Of a DNA stretch of 64,000 nucleotides, positions 1 to 12,424 are shown one piece after another (position 1 is the stretch's first letter; each line of letters begins with the position of its first letter). This DNA comes from Harriotta raleighana. Its lineage: Eukaryota. Both the position numbers and the translations under genes were made by a program. The stretch is taken from NCBI GenBank assembly GCA_050575255.1, contig JBNZDD010013698.1, positions 6,008,586-6,072,585 of the forward strand, in the 5' to 3' direction. Below the pieces are notes generated by a model, which was given only the letters and a program-made list of their open reading frames with translations, was not told where the DNA came from and made no database searches.

Positions 1-1065
1 TAACAACTAAAGCTATTTGAGTTGATGTTTAAATCCAGAATGCAGCACTTTGTGAACAATGGAATATTTGACAGTAAATTGCAAAAAGAATTTTCCATTT
101 CATAGGATAAATAGGCTGCACATTACACTGTATGACATTTGTTTGCATTGGAAAATAACAGCCATCAAAGTGTTCCAATTATATAAGAATTTGAAGACAT
201 TTGTGAATCGCAAAATGCCATTGAATGAAAAATTCTCGTTATAGTTTAGTTTAGATCCTCTGGCGATAGCAATGAGAAATAGCAACAGCAATGAAAAAAT
301 CCTATTCTAAGCATGGATCTTCCAAGTTTCTACATTAGATGGTAAGATTAAATTCCTGTATCCACATTAATGCTTGAAATCAGTACGACTTCTATTTTTC
401 ACAAAGTTAAATGCCTAATTATAACTGCAACAATTCCAGAACTGCATTTTCAATTAAGTAATGCATTATTAGAGATCTTTATTTGATTCCCAGGATTAGT
501 TTAGGATGTGAACTATATTGTTTTCACAAGTTATGGATTTAAGACATTGAAGCAATTTGAAATGTTTTAAAATGATAGGGCACAATATCAAAAGCAAAGG
601 TTATTATCTTCCAAATTACTTAATTACCCTAATGCATTCATTGGCTTCCATGAGGTTAAAGGGATACAAGTCAATGATGGCTCAGACCTGTGTGCCAGTC
701 GTGTATTAATCTTTGAAGGCGAGGGAAGCTTCGGCTATTTTTATGGTTAAACAGTTCGTATAGATGGAAAACAGATCACAAGAATGTGAAATAATTTGGT
801 TGGTTTATGTTGTGGCACATTTTGCAAATGTTACAACTGATCAAAAAGGATTGATGTGAAATGGTCTTTGGTAAATCTCAGCCAGTTGGGCGCGAAATGT
901 GCTTTGTTGTATATGTTACTGGGCAAAGATTCATGTTGTGCACATAGAGGATAGGGGTATTGTGTGAGTAAATTATCAAAGAGAGAAATAAATAAATTGG
1001 TAATGAAGCTTTTGTAATGTGAGGGACCAAAGATAAAACACAGTCAATTTTCTTTACAATATATT

Positions 1066-1198
1066 AATAATAATAATTCTTGCATTTGATATAGCGCCTT
1101 ACCTCATCTACTAGATGTTTCAAATGCTTCACAGGAAGCATTGTCAGATGCCTCGAAGATGTAATAAGGTGCTATATCAAATGCAAGGATTATTATTA
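1066..1198. mobile_element. Two SINE 3'-tail fragments in opposite orientation
   Basis: (TAA)n-TTGCATTTGATATAGCGCCTTA on the left and TAAGGTGCTATATCAAATGCAAGGATTATTATTA on the right; same tail as the dominant SINE. Confidence 0.75.
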
Positions 1199-1449
1199 AG
1201 ACAGATTTGTCTTCTTTCAAATCATACACTGCAAAGTTAAATTATTGCGTTGGAGGCAAAACAGACACAAAACCCTTGATAAAGATGAACACAGGCTAAT
1301 TCAAAACTCTTAACAGGATTTTTTTTGCAATTATTTTTGTACCAAGGTAATTGATTGTGAATGTTCTTTTGGCTTATTGTGTGCAAGTAGGTTCTGGCTA
1401 AAGACACACAAACATTTATTTATGTTACGATTGTGAACCTAGTGTCCTT

Positions 1450-1790
1450 CTGGATCAGGTGACAGAAGTCTTGCCTCTGAGTCAGAAGATTGTGCGTTCA
1501 AGCCCTTCAACAGGTCTAGGTTAACACTCCAGTGCAGTACTGGGGGTATACTGCTTTGTTGAAAGAGTTATCCTTCGAATGAGATGTTACACCAATGTCC
1601 TGCTGCATGTTCATGTGGGTATCAGTGATCCCGTAACACTATTCAAAAAGAGAATGAAGTTTTTCCCCGGCCAAGATTCCCCCCCTGCCCCCCAACCCCC
1701 ACATAAAATTGTTCATTAATTTCATGACTGTTTGTCATCAAGGTGGTGCAAATTTGCAGCTGCTTTTATCTACAAATAGTCCTACTCTTT
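1450..1790 (+). mobile_element. Old tRNA-headed Deu-domain SINE (AmnSINE/SacSINE-like)
   Basis: Head TGCCTCTGAGTCAGAAG...GTTCAAGCCC, then TCCAGTGCAGTACTG and Deu-like ATGAGATGTTA...GATCCC...CACTATTCAAAAAGAG; similar copies elsewhere in the window. Confidence 0.7.
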
Positions 1791-3350
1791 ACAGTATATC
1801 CAGAATTGAATCAAGTGTGTTATTTCCAACCTTTCCCAACACAATGTTTATAAATGAAATAATGTTGGAATATCTTATGAAATGTATAAAGTTTTTCCTG
1901 TTTATCAAAATGGATACATGTTTATCCGTTTTCCAACACATCATTAATTGATTCTGCCAGACTAGCTGTTTCTCCATTCTACTGGGCTGCAGATGGATAA
2001 TGGTGGACTGGAGGGTGAGAAATTACAGCAAAATCTCTAATTGTAAAATACATAATGGAAACATAGAACTTGCTGACATGCCCTCCAGGTGGTATTATTT
2101 TGTTGTTATTCCTATTCTGTTTTTTCTTGCATTTTTGCAAAGAAGCACCACACACAGTCTTTCTAAAATACGTTCACATGAAGAACCACTATAGTAATGC
2201 TCCTTGAAATCCCTTAGAACATAGACAGAAGTGTAACTGAAAGTGTGGTCAAAGAAGTCCATTTGGACTTTTGGATAATATACTATTAAATATTGCATAT
2301 AACATTTTTTTTCCTATTCATTTGTCAAATGATGAGATTTTATTCTGGTGTATTTTAAATTTAGCAATTTTGAAGCCCTGATGTGATCTTAACTTTGAAA
2401 AAAAGCTTTTCAGGAATTTGATGTTGCTATGGAAGTACTGTAAATGTTGAAAGGAATTGAGCGAGAAAGTCCATTGTGTTAATCTGAGCAAGGAATTGAT
2501 ATTAAGTTTGATTGGGTGTAATGGAATACTGAAGGAGTTTACACTATGTATATTCTACTAATGAATTTGCTAAAAGGATTATTTTAAAATTAATAAGCAA
2601 CCAAAAAGATAATTTGTGGCATTTTTTTAAAGCAAGATACAGTAATCCCATTACAATTCCATTGAGGAAGGCCATTCTAAAGATGGTTTGTGATGGAGGA
2701 GTATTCTGTGATACAGATTGGTTGTGATGTGCTTCCAGTTACTGGAACAGGGGTAAAAACACATTGTATGTTGCATTGGAGACCTGTGTTGACTAAGGTT
2801 ACAATGAAGGATTACCAAGGATGAGCTCTTTATTTTGAAAATCTCTGCATTGGTCTAATATAAGGGAAGAGGGAAATTTTCTATTCAAAAAGCCACTGGA
2901 AAGCCAAGTAAAGCTTAATCAGCATAACAATGAACTGAGCCAAATGGATACTGAGAGAAAATTGTTCTGAACTAAATACTGTACTGTGGTTTTGCTTTGA
3001 TATTGCATAAATGCAAATGCTGTGGGATGGATGCTGCTAAATAAATCAACAATCTGGAGTGATTAATTTTCAAATTGTCTTCAAATATCTTACGTACTAC
3101 AGTTAAACAATTGAACAGTCAATGACAGTAGGGAGTGTATGGTGACTTCTCTTGACTTTGGATCTGCTAACTAAATAATGGTCATAGAAACCAGGAAAAG
3201 GAATCAATAGTGAAGTTGCCTAGTACTGTATTTAGACTTGGCTCCCACCTGCTCTGCCATCTTTATTTAGTTAGATGACCTAGGTAAATGTATAGAAAAA
3301 AATAACACTTGTACCAAGAACAATAGTCGAGTGATAGCGTCTCCACTTAC

Positions 3351-3392
3351 GTGTTGTAGTTTGTGCATCGGAGATACAGACCAAAGTCAGCA
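3351..3392 (-). CDS. Candidate short exon (42 nt), product unknown
   Basis: Minus strand ccttgttccag|TGCTGAC...CAACAC|gtaagt; open in two frames (ADFGLYLRCTNYNT or LTLVCISDAQTTT). Confidence 0.3.
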
Positions 3393-3509
3393 CTGGAACA
3401 AGGTTCCCATTGGAAATAGTTATTGTTGTTTGTTTACAAGTGTGGATATTATGTTATCTGTACAGTGTCTCCTCATAATATAAATTGCATTCACCAAATG
3501 TGCACTTAC

Positions 3510-3532
3510 CTCTTTCTAATTGGTCTGTAGAA
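3510..3532 (-). CDS. Candidate short exon (23 nt), product unknown
   Basis: Minus strand gtaatttttgatag|TTCTACAGACCAATTAGAAAGAG|gtaagt; consensus donor. Confidence 0.28.
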
Positions 3533-3717
3533 CTATCAAAAATTACAAGTGGACACGATGCACTTTTTTTTCTAAAACAAATCTATTATTATCCATTAAA
3601 CCCGTTAAAGCAAAAGAAACCAGAGAACAATCATTCACGCCAAGCTTTGGAAGACGTACAAAGCTGCCTCATAAAGCTATACATGCAGAATTGTTGCAAG
3701 GTATTTACAATACCTAC

Positions 3718-3792
3718 CCATCTAGGGTCGGTAGTAAGGATATTGAGGTCGATTTTGCAGTATTTCTTAATGGATTTCTTAATTCTGGAAGT
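3718..3792 (-). CDS. Candidate exon (75 nt), product unknown
   Basis: Minus strand ttgacatcttag|ACTTCC...AGATGG|gtaggt; 25 codons TSRIKKSIKKYCKIDLNILTTDPRW, with a second frame also open. Confidence 0.3.
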
Positions 3793-4698
3793 CTAAGATG
3801 TCAATTTGTAGGAGCAATACTCAATGTTACTCAATACTCAATTACTGTTTTACCAGTGATATTTTTAAAAGCATTAAAGATATAGACAGTACTTGAAACA
3901 TATATAATGAGAACTTATTATTTCCTTGACACCTGGTTTAGGAACAGTGTTTCAACTTAGTTGGTTCAAAAATTCATCAGGATAGCTTTATTTGTGTCAT
4001 ATTAATCCCTCAACCATTAAAATCAAAATAATATATTAATACAATTAAAAAATTAAACCTTTGTACTTGCCCAGCTCTTTATTTTTCCATCTGTTTCCTC
4101 TTCCCCTGAATGGTTGTCTTTTATATTTTATTTGTTTCAGCCTTCTTTCCATTGATTCTTTTATTTGATATATTTAAGTCCATCTATTTCCCTTCTGCTT
4201 TTCCAACTTGTGTCATCTATTGGCCGCTTGGGAGGGTTGACAGGAACTTTATTTTTTTTAGAAAAGGCTCAAAACTGGATATATTTGCTAATATCGGAGA
4301 CAATAAACAACACCAACAAAATTACATTTGTCGAGCGCCTTTCAAGTTGGGAGGACTTCCCAGGGCGCTGGTCTTAAACCTAATGGTGCCCTATATAAAC
4401 ATATGCTTAGACAACATTAATCAAACTGGAGCTGAAGAAAGTGAATACCGTATTTGGTATTACAATAAGTGGTTGAAAAAAACATTATTGCAAAATTTGG
4501 GGGATAGAAATCCCACCTGGGGATACATTTACTCTGTTTATCCAGCATTTCAGAGGAACCCAAAATTGATGGGTAACATCTACATTAGATGAGGAAATTT
4601 CTCAGTGTAGTGTCAGTAGATGTGTATGTTTATTCTTTACCACAATGTAGCTTTGTCCACAGGCGTGCAGCTATTTCTCTCTGATCTCTTTCAATCAT

Positions 4699-4830
4699 GG
4701 AGTCCCGTAGCGTAGTGGTTAGACTACTCGCCTCACAATGGAGAGGACCAGGGTTTGATACCCGGACAGGTGAAACCGTAGGCAAATTTCCTTACTCCAT
4801 ACCCCTCTTTACTAGCAATAACTAGTAAAT
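4699..4830 (+). mobile_element. SINE 5' part with tRNA-Val-like head (long-form subfamily)
   Basis: GTCCCGTAGCGTAGTGGTTAGACTACTCGCCTCACAA...GGTTTGATACCCGG resembles vertebrate tRNA-Val(CAC) and runs straight into the SINE body GGCAAATTTCCTTACTCCA. Confidence 0.75.
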
Positions 4831-7800
4831 GATCGACAAGATCATCGACAAACAACTTTGTTCAAGCAGCTCTTTAATAACTTCAAAACAAGATACTGTA
4901 CCTAATCTCATGTTTGATATTTTCCATTCTAGCTGAAGTATAATGTATACATGAGGCTTCTCATTCCTCATCGCTTACTTTTGCTCTTTTCCCAGCATCT
5001 GTAACCATAACATTAAAAAGAAGCATCAAAAATGCACCCAAGTGAATCTACAATACCATTTTCACTTCTCACCAGAGAACTAGGGCCAGATATGATGCAT
5101 TAGAGCTTTGGCGACATCTGGATGAGTGAAATTTGCTTCAATATTCTATGCATCATCACTCACAGACAAGAACACAGTGCCAATATCTCCGCGAAACCTT
5201 AGTGAAGTGTACTCACTGAATCACTTATCATTTAGGTGTGCTCTAATTATTATACGTAATGCCAAATCAGAACACTCATTCCATATTGTAAGAGACCCTT
5301 CTGATGAAATGAAAGATTGGACAGGACTGTGCAGCTGTTTGAAAGCATAGCAAATGCTATTTAGTGGTGATTGTTATCTTTTGATTCCTGCTTTCGATTA
5401 CTGTACACTTTTTTCCTGCGAGATCTAAAATATGAAAATTGGGAAAAATAATTAATCTCTAGTATTAAGCTTGAAGTGGAATTTAAATGGCTGAATAAAT
5501 TGCTTAAGGCAGAACTTGCTGTTCACTTCTAGTAAAACTCCAATTAGTTTTGCTGTCAGTAATGTTAGGTAAAGTGTAACATCCAATTCACTGTCTCACA
5601 CCACCACTCAGGAGCAGAATGTTCTTTTTTCCTTAGCATTAATGTAAAATGTATAGCATGTGTTGGGTTCTTCAGAAACGCCTCATGAGAGTTAGATTTG
5701 TTGGGTCATTCAATTTATGTGTTAGGTTATTCCCATCCCCTGTCCTTTGAAACGTGTGGGATTTTTGAACTGGGTCATGTAATCAGATACAATATTTCAA
5801 ATTCTATTAATATATATTGTGCATGTCGCTTTCACTGTCTCGTCTCTTTTGAGGAAGATTTTGGTAGTCAAAATGAGTCACTCAGATGGACCTATGGTTT
5901 CCACCTGCCTTAAACTATTACTGTTGCTAGGTTTGTAGCATGCAAATGTCATTTTGAACATGTGAAAGTATGAACATCTATGGACTATATCACATGTTTG
6001 ATTAACAAAGTGAACGAAGAAATGGCAATTCATTTATAAAACTAGTGGGTGCTACTTATCAATGATGTGACAATGGTTATAGCTTACAGAATGTGGCTTT
6101 TTAAAAGCTAAACATAATCAGAATTAACAGGCTAAAACCCTGATTGCATTTACAGTTGGTTGCAAAACTGGCCTCGACCATACGCACATTGCTGGTATTT
6201 TTTATTCAATACATCTATTGGTAATTTGATAAGCACAATACAGTATACAAGTTTTGGCAGCAATATACTCCATCTTGTCCCCCAAAGTTGACATGCAGCT
6301 CAGAGACAATCTGAATTTATTACTATAACAAACAGACAGATTAGTGATACGCTGGCTGCAGCCCAAGTCAGATCTTATGTTTGATTGTGTTTGTGTTCAA
6401 GCACTCCAAAACACTATCCCATGTGAAGAGCGCAATCTAAATGCAAGTTGTGGTCAATTGTTTGTTTGTTTCTTTCACTGCTTACTTGGAAATCAGGATG
6501 GGCTCATAAATGTCATTCACTTTCCCATGTAAAATAAAGGGAAGTAAAGGAATCAGAGGTACAAAATTCACCATCTTTATACAGTATTTAAAAAGCTGAA
6601 TTTTGGAAAATTCTCCAATGCAGTCTTAATTTGATGAATGTAACTATTTTGCATATTGCCGCAAGAGATTTTTGTGTCATATCCAATGTCTTTACAATAG
6701 AAAGCCCAATATATGCCTTCATAGTGGCTAATCCCCTTGTGGCTGTCTTTAGTCTCTATTCTTTCCTCTTCCCTCCTTGCTCAGCATCCAGGAAATGTTC
6801 TGAGACTTTATTCTAACTGAAGGGCACTGTATAAATGCAAGCTATTGTTATGAAAATAATGTGATTATCAGTTCATGTTCTGAACTGCAGTGCAATGTAC
6901 AATATTACTATATAATCCATATTAAAATGTTATCTTCACCACATACATGCAGTCTTCACTCATCTTAACCAATGCATATTATGAATACCTGATGTACTGT
7001 AAGATGTACATTAGAAGATGAATGCCATTGAACATTTGGACAAAGTGACATTAGTACTTAGTGTGTGCCATTTTACAGATGTTGACGTTTTGGAGAAATC
7101 TGGTTCACTGCAACTACTGTATATGAAATGAAAAATGTTATAGAGACCCATTAAATTGCAGAACCTAAACTTTATGTAAAACGAAAGTCCAAATAATTCA
7201 ATATAAGTTCTGTCAACATTTAATAATCATATATTCTGAATTAATTTACAAATTTCAAAGCAAATCACCTAATAACATTGATAGGGAGTTTTTGAAAAGC
7301 AATGCTAAGTTTTGAAACTTCCTGTGTGTAGCGAAGGACTGTCAAACAATTACAACAACGTCAGGTACAGACAAATAAAAACATATCAACATACCAGTGG
7401 GAAAGTACAATGGGTCAATCATCCAACAGAAAGCTTTCCTGGCAAAGAAGCATTCACTAAGCTACTGCATTGACTCTTGGAAAGTCAAGTACTGTATTGT
7501 ATGTGCCCATTCTGGGCAACTTTGCTTAATCCGTCTAAGAAGGTATTTCAGAAGGAGCTGTAGGCTGGCTTGTGAGAATTGTGGCATTCCATTATACAAT
7601 GCAGATATGCTAAATACACAAACCATATTCAAGGGCTAAAGAAGGGAAACTTGTATCTCATATCAAACTATTCATCTTCTTGAATTTATAACGATGCCAA
7701 CAGTGTTGGAATGCCAACCGTCACCAATATGCCACCTGGTATGTGGGGAATGAAGAACAGATGCTGTGTGAGTTGCTAGTAAGGGGAACCACTAAGCAAA

Positions 7801-8298
7801 GACAACTGCCAACTATTGTAGCTTCACTTTTCTACAGGCATAAAAGTTCTTGTAACTGTCTATAAGCTCTGTCCAACTATGTTATAATGATATAGTGAAT
7901 TCATCAAGGATAAATTTTTGAAAATGTGTTCCAACAGAATTGATATAACATGCACTCGTTGTCTAAAATTGAGGTGTAAAGTACCTGAAGACGTACACAC
8001 TGAGAGTCTTACATAGTCTGATACATTTGTCTGATACTATTTGCTGCCAGGAGTGTGATACTCCCTTGGCAGGGAACGTAGTCTTGATGATTCAGTAACA
8101 GACTTTTTTATGGTCTTGTGCTCGTTCCAGGTGTTTGAGCAGCTGGTGAGTGATTGAAACCTCTCTGTACAGTGGTTGGTTCCCTGTGGTTGTGGAGGCG
8201 TGAGGAAAGGAAGTTTCATTGGGGCTGGGAAGTGGCCTGCACTCCCTGTGTGTTTTGTAATCTCTGCACAGTTCCATGCATTATTCACTGAGTTGGAA

Positions 8299-8606
8299 TA
8301 TAATAATCCTTCCATTTGATATAGCGTGTTTCACATCTTCTAGATATCTCAAAGCGCTTCACAGAATATATTGTAAAGTGAATTGACTACATATTTTGTA
8401 GGCCAAATGAGGCAGCCAATTCTGCATAGCAATCTCTCACAAACAGTCGTGGATTGAGTGAGCAAATTATTTGGGTGGTTTTTTTCTTGAGCAATTATTA
8501 TCTGGTGTGTAGAGCAAGGAAACTTGCCCAAGGTTTTGCCATGCCTGGAATCGAATCCAGGTCTCTCACTTGCAAGGCGAGTGCTCTAATCATTGAGCTA
8601 CAGGAT
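8299..8606 (-). mobile_element. Full-length tRNA-derived SINE with L2-type tail (dominant family)
   Basis: Minus strand A/B-box head, CTTGGGCAAGTTTCCTT core, CAGTCAATTCACTTTACA, GCGCTTTGAGA...GCTATATCAAATG and (ATT)n tail. Confidence 0.9.
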
Positions 8607-8667
8607 GCCTCAGACAGAACAGGACAATATGTCCCAGTGGTGTATTATCTACATGTTTGTTGTCAGT

Positions 8668-9037
8668 GGAATCCTATAGCTCAGTTGTTAGAGCCGTCGC
8701 CTTGCAAGCCAGAGGACCTGGGTGAAACATTAGGCATGTTTCCTTATTCCATTCATCTATGTTTGCCTCACAATAAGCAGGAACCCAGTTATTAGTTAAT
8801 TGGAAAATCATTTTTCCAGGTTAATAATCCCTTCAAAAGAAAGATAATTTTTTTTTTTAATTGGGTCACTCAATCCAGGAGAGTTTGTGGGACACCGCTG
8901 TGTACAATTGGCTGCCGCATTGCCAGCCAACAAATATACAGTCAAATTACTTTACAGTATATTGTACAAAGTGCTTTGAGACTCTCAAGAAAGACAAGAG
9001 GAGGCGGTATATAAAATGTATTATTTATTATTATTAT
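8668..9037 (+). mobile_element. tRNA-derived SINE, long form
   Basis: Head ATCCTATAGCTCAGTTGTTAGAGC, core with the extra CTATGTTTGCCT...GGAACCCAGTT segment, standard 3' body and (TTA)n tail. Confidence 0.85.
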
Positions 9038-10550
9038 ATGTTGATCTGTGGTCACAGCTCAGTCAATGCTAATTCTCCCTATTGAAATCAAGAACTGGTT
9101 TATTCTACAGACTGATCCTCCCTCCCCACCTTTAAATCCCACCTTAATACCTTTCTTTTAAATCGTGGTTACATTAATCCCCCCTCCCTTTCTGGATCGG
9201 TATCAGACTCTGCCACTGTCAAGCACTCAGGGACATTACCCTTTGTGAAGAGCACTAAATAAATATAAGTTAACGGCTGCTCTTAACAGCTGCTGACTGA
9301 ATTGAAGGATGGGTGGGCTCATAGACAGCCAGACTCATTGTTTCTGCTGCATCTGGGATCTTCTGCCATAATGTCTGAAGGTGGGGAACTGATCAGTAGG
9401 TGGGAGGAATGTATCCTCTTTAGCTGCAGTTAAATCAGTATGTTGTACCGATGAGGTGACTGTACATCAGAGCTCACGCTAAGTTTCCCTTTACCTGTAG
9501 AATCTGTTACTCTTGAACAACAATTCATTATCCTCATTTGGTGACCAAATGTCTCCTTTGATTGTTTTCTCCGAACAATCGATTCTCAAAATTCAATGGG
9601 AGTAAATTAACTTAAAGTGAAAGAGTGTCTGTCCAATGGCACTCAAAAAACATTGTGGCATTTCATTGCCTGAAGTCAATACCATGTCATGCTGCTATGT
9701 ACAGTACTTGGTGCTCAACCCCCCTCGAGCCTGTGTGCAGTGTTCTTTGGTTTCTTCTTGTTGTGTTGTGCCTATATGTAAACAAGTAGAAGAGGAAAAA
9801 AGCTTTAAAATGTTTAAATGAAAGATTGCTTCCCTGTTCCCCTTTATGTGTAGAAATGGCAACTATGTATTTTGGAACCCTATTCAACCCAATAAATATT
9901 GTATTTTAATTAACTAGTGAAACTATTATCTCAGTTCTTTTCTCTTGACATGTACACGTTCTACAGGTTAGTTTACTGGCTAATTGCAATTTATCAACTC
10001 AAATGGTATACCTTGTACTGTATTTGGAATGTGCTTTGCAGCTTGTTACTCGTATTCTTGCTCCCCTTCTAAAAAAGATTCCAAACAATGAAAAACTTTT
10101 CAAGATAGATCAAATACAAATCAAATGTATACAGACATTCATAAGAAACATCATTTAATCTTGTACCCAGTCACATTGGGGGATGGACGGACTTATCTAT
10201 AGAATTCAATGTATTCTGCATGAATTAGTTTACGGTGTGTATGTTCACCCATTGGTTTACACAATACAGTGTTTGCTCATCGCTGTACAATATATTGTGG
10301 TTCATTGATATGACACTACTATGACTGATCATTGATATATTCTGTATTCTGGACACAAATGGATCAGAAACACGAGCATTCATTATACAAGTTATAAATA
10401 GACACACTTGTAAATATGTCATGCCAACCCTCGAAAACTCTGCTCCAAATAATTTACTTCTCAAATGGAAATTCCAAGATTAGCATGATTGCAGGCAGGA
10501 ATTGATGTTTGTAACTCAAATTTAAGAATTGAAGTGGCATGTTATGAATA

Positions 10551-10969
10551 CTGTAAAAGTCCGATAATCCAGCACGGTCGGGATTCATGTGGTGTCGGAT
10601 TATCAGATGTGCCGGATTATTGGACATTACTGTTAGGGATGGGAGGATTTGAGTGTGCTGTGCTCTTATCTAAATTACATACCTGTATAGCGAAACCCAG
10701 AGCTCTGCCCATCCCGGTGGAGCAGGTAGGCCGCCTAAAGAGACATCCACCCACCAAAAGTTAATTTAAAAAAAAAAAAAATTGCACACGCGCACTTATT
10801 AAACATTACGTCAGTGATGGGCCCCCGAGGAAAATACACCAGGTAATGTGAATGATCTCTGGAAAGAAATGGCATAAAGATGTGCAGATTGCAAAAAAAC
10901 AGACCGTTGCAGTTGCTGGACTATAAAACTTTCCAGATTATCAGGTGATGGATTAAAGGACTTTTACTG
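10551..10969. mobile_element. Non-autonomous Tc1/mariner (Tigger/pogo-like) DNA transposon, MITE
   Basis: TIRs CTGTAAAAGTCCGATAATCCAGCAC and (rc) CAGTAAAAGTCCTTTAATCCATCAC match at 21/25; TA on both flanks; internal CCGGATTAT-type repeats. Confidence 0.85.
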
Positions 10970-11477
10970 TATTATGTTTTAGATTTAACCTCAAGAATTA
11001 CAATTTTGTTATCTGGCCTTTGCAGTGTATCAGTGTCTAAATCCAAGAAAGGCCTGGGTTTGAGAGCTGCTGAGTCAAGCCTGTACAGTGCTGGAATTCA
11101 TAATAACTACTAGTCTTGACTGTTTGGCACAAGCATAAACATACTGTGAATAGTGCAATTTTATTGTTACCTTTCCCAGGGAGAAACACATAAGGCCTGA
11201 ATTATTTTACTTAAACTCACACCACCAATAATAATACAATCCATATTCCTGGCTGCTGGATCCCTTCTGTTTTTTCATACTTAGTTTTTATTTTACTTGA
11301 ATATTTGATAGGATTTTAAATAGGACTTAAAACATATATTTTGTTTCTTCTCCCACAAATATGTAAATTTTTATTTTTTTTAAAGAGATTTTTTGTTGTT
11401 TTACACAAATTCTCCTGTAGCAATAGTTTTGAGTCTACTGACCAAGATACTTTGTGAATATGGGTGATCTTTGTTGA

Positions 11478-11754
11478 CAAGACATTTCAAAGCGCTTCAT
11501 CGAATATGCTGTAAAGTGAATTGACTGTATATTTGTGGGCAAAACATAGATTGTGCACAGCCAATTTAGTACAGCAGTGTCCCGCCAACTGTTGTGGATT
11601 GAAGTGACCAATATATCATTGGGGGGTTTTCTTAACGGATTATTATCAAGCATGTGGAGGAAAAGAAACTAGCCCGAGTTTCACTCTGCCTGGAATCGAA
11701 GCCAGGCCACTCGTTTGCAAGGCAAGTGCTCTAACCAGTGAGCTACAGGACTCC
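11478..11754 (-). mobile_element. tRNA-derived SINE (dominant family)
   Basis: Head GGAGTCCTGTAGCTCACTGGTTAGAGCAC on the minus strand plus standard body. Confidence 0.88.
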
Positions 11755-12424
11755 ACATAAATATAAATTGAATTGTAATCATGTGCATTTGTACATTAAC
11801 AGTGAGACACTTTCAGACTGCATTTCTTGGTACCTTCTTAAATCTTGGTAATTCCCTTGCTGGAGATATGACACATTTGTCTCCATTTAGAAAGATACTT
11901 TAATGATTGCAGCTAATTTGTTCAATTCAATGTAAAGTGCCAGAAGTGTGATTGGTTACCTCTGTCATAAAGGAGACAAATCGTGCACTCATCGGGATAA
12001 TTAAAGGTAATGCCAACAGTTGTTCTATTTATCCAGAGAAAAATATCCATGTAAATGATCTGTATTGAAGCCATCATTGTGCAGAATGTTTATCCACCAG
12101 AGTAATGCACTGCTGAGTTGTGAGATGTGAATTTGATGCACTTTACCTCTCAGTTTAGCTGTTTGACTGTGGGATTGCACTCAGAAGTGTTTAGACAATT
12201 CTCCACAGGGACGACAAGTTAAGGAATGTGGCCGGGGGACGGGAGAAAAACATAAGAATGGACAGGAACTATTTGGACATATGATTTTCACATAATTTTA
12301 TAGGCATTTCATCCACAAAATACACAGTCAATTCACTTTACAGCATGTTCTGTGAAGCGCTTTCAGAAGTCTCAAAGACATTATAAGATGCTATATTTGT
12401 GCCTTATAATTTCAGGCACATGAT

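Noticed and set aside
3611-3700. 90-nt plus-strand exon candidate inside overlapping 103- and 121-aa ORFs
   Set aside because: Weak acceptor and GTATTT donor, unrecognisable peptide; the minus-strand signals here are stronger
4110-4592. 160-aa plus-strand ORF
   Set aside because: Reads through a T-rich tract and an antisense L2 tail (about 4305-4370); no recognisable domain or splice context
4699-4772. Apparent tRNA-Val gene (also the many other tRNA-like heads)
   Set aside because: Acceptor and anticodon stems are imperfect, there is no poly-T terminator, and it continues into SINE body sequence
9495-9590. Minus-strand peptide IKGDIWSPNEDNELL resembling a Myb repeat start
   Set aside because: Needs a rare GAG acceptor, has an in-frame stop just upstream, and the rest of the Myb pattern is absent
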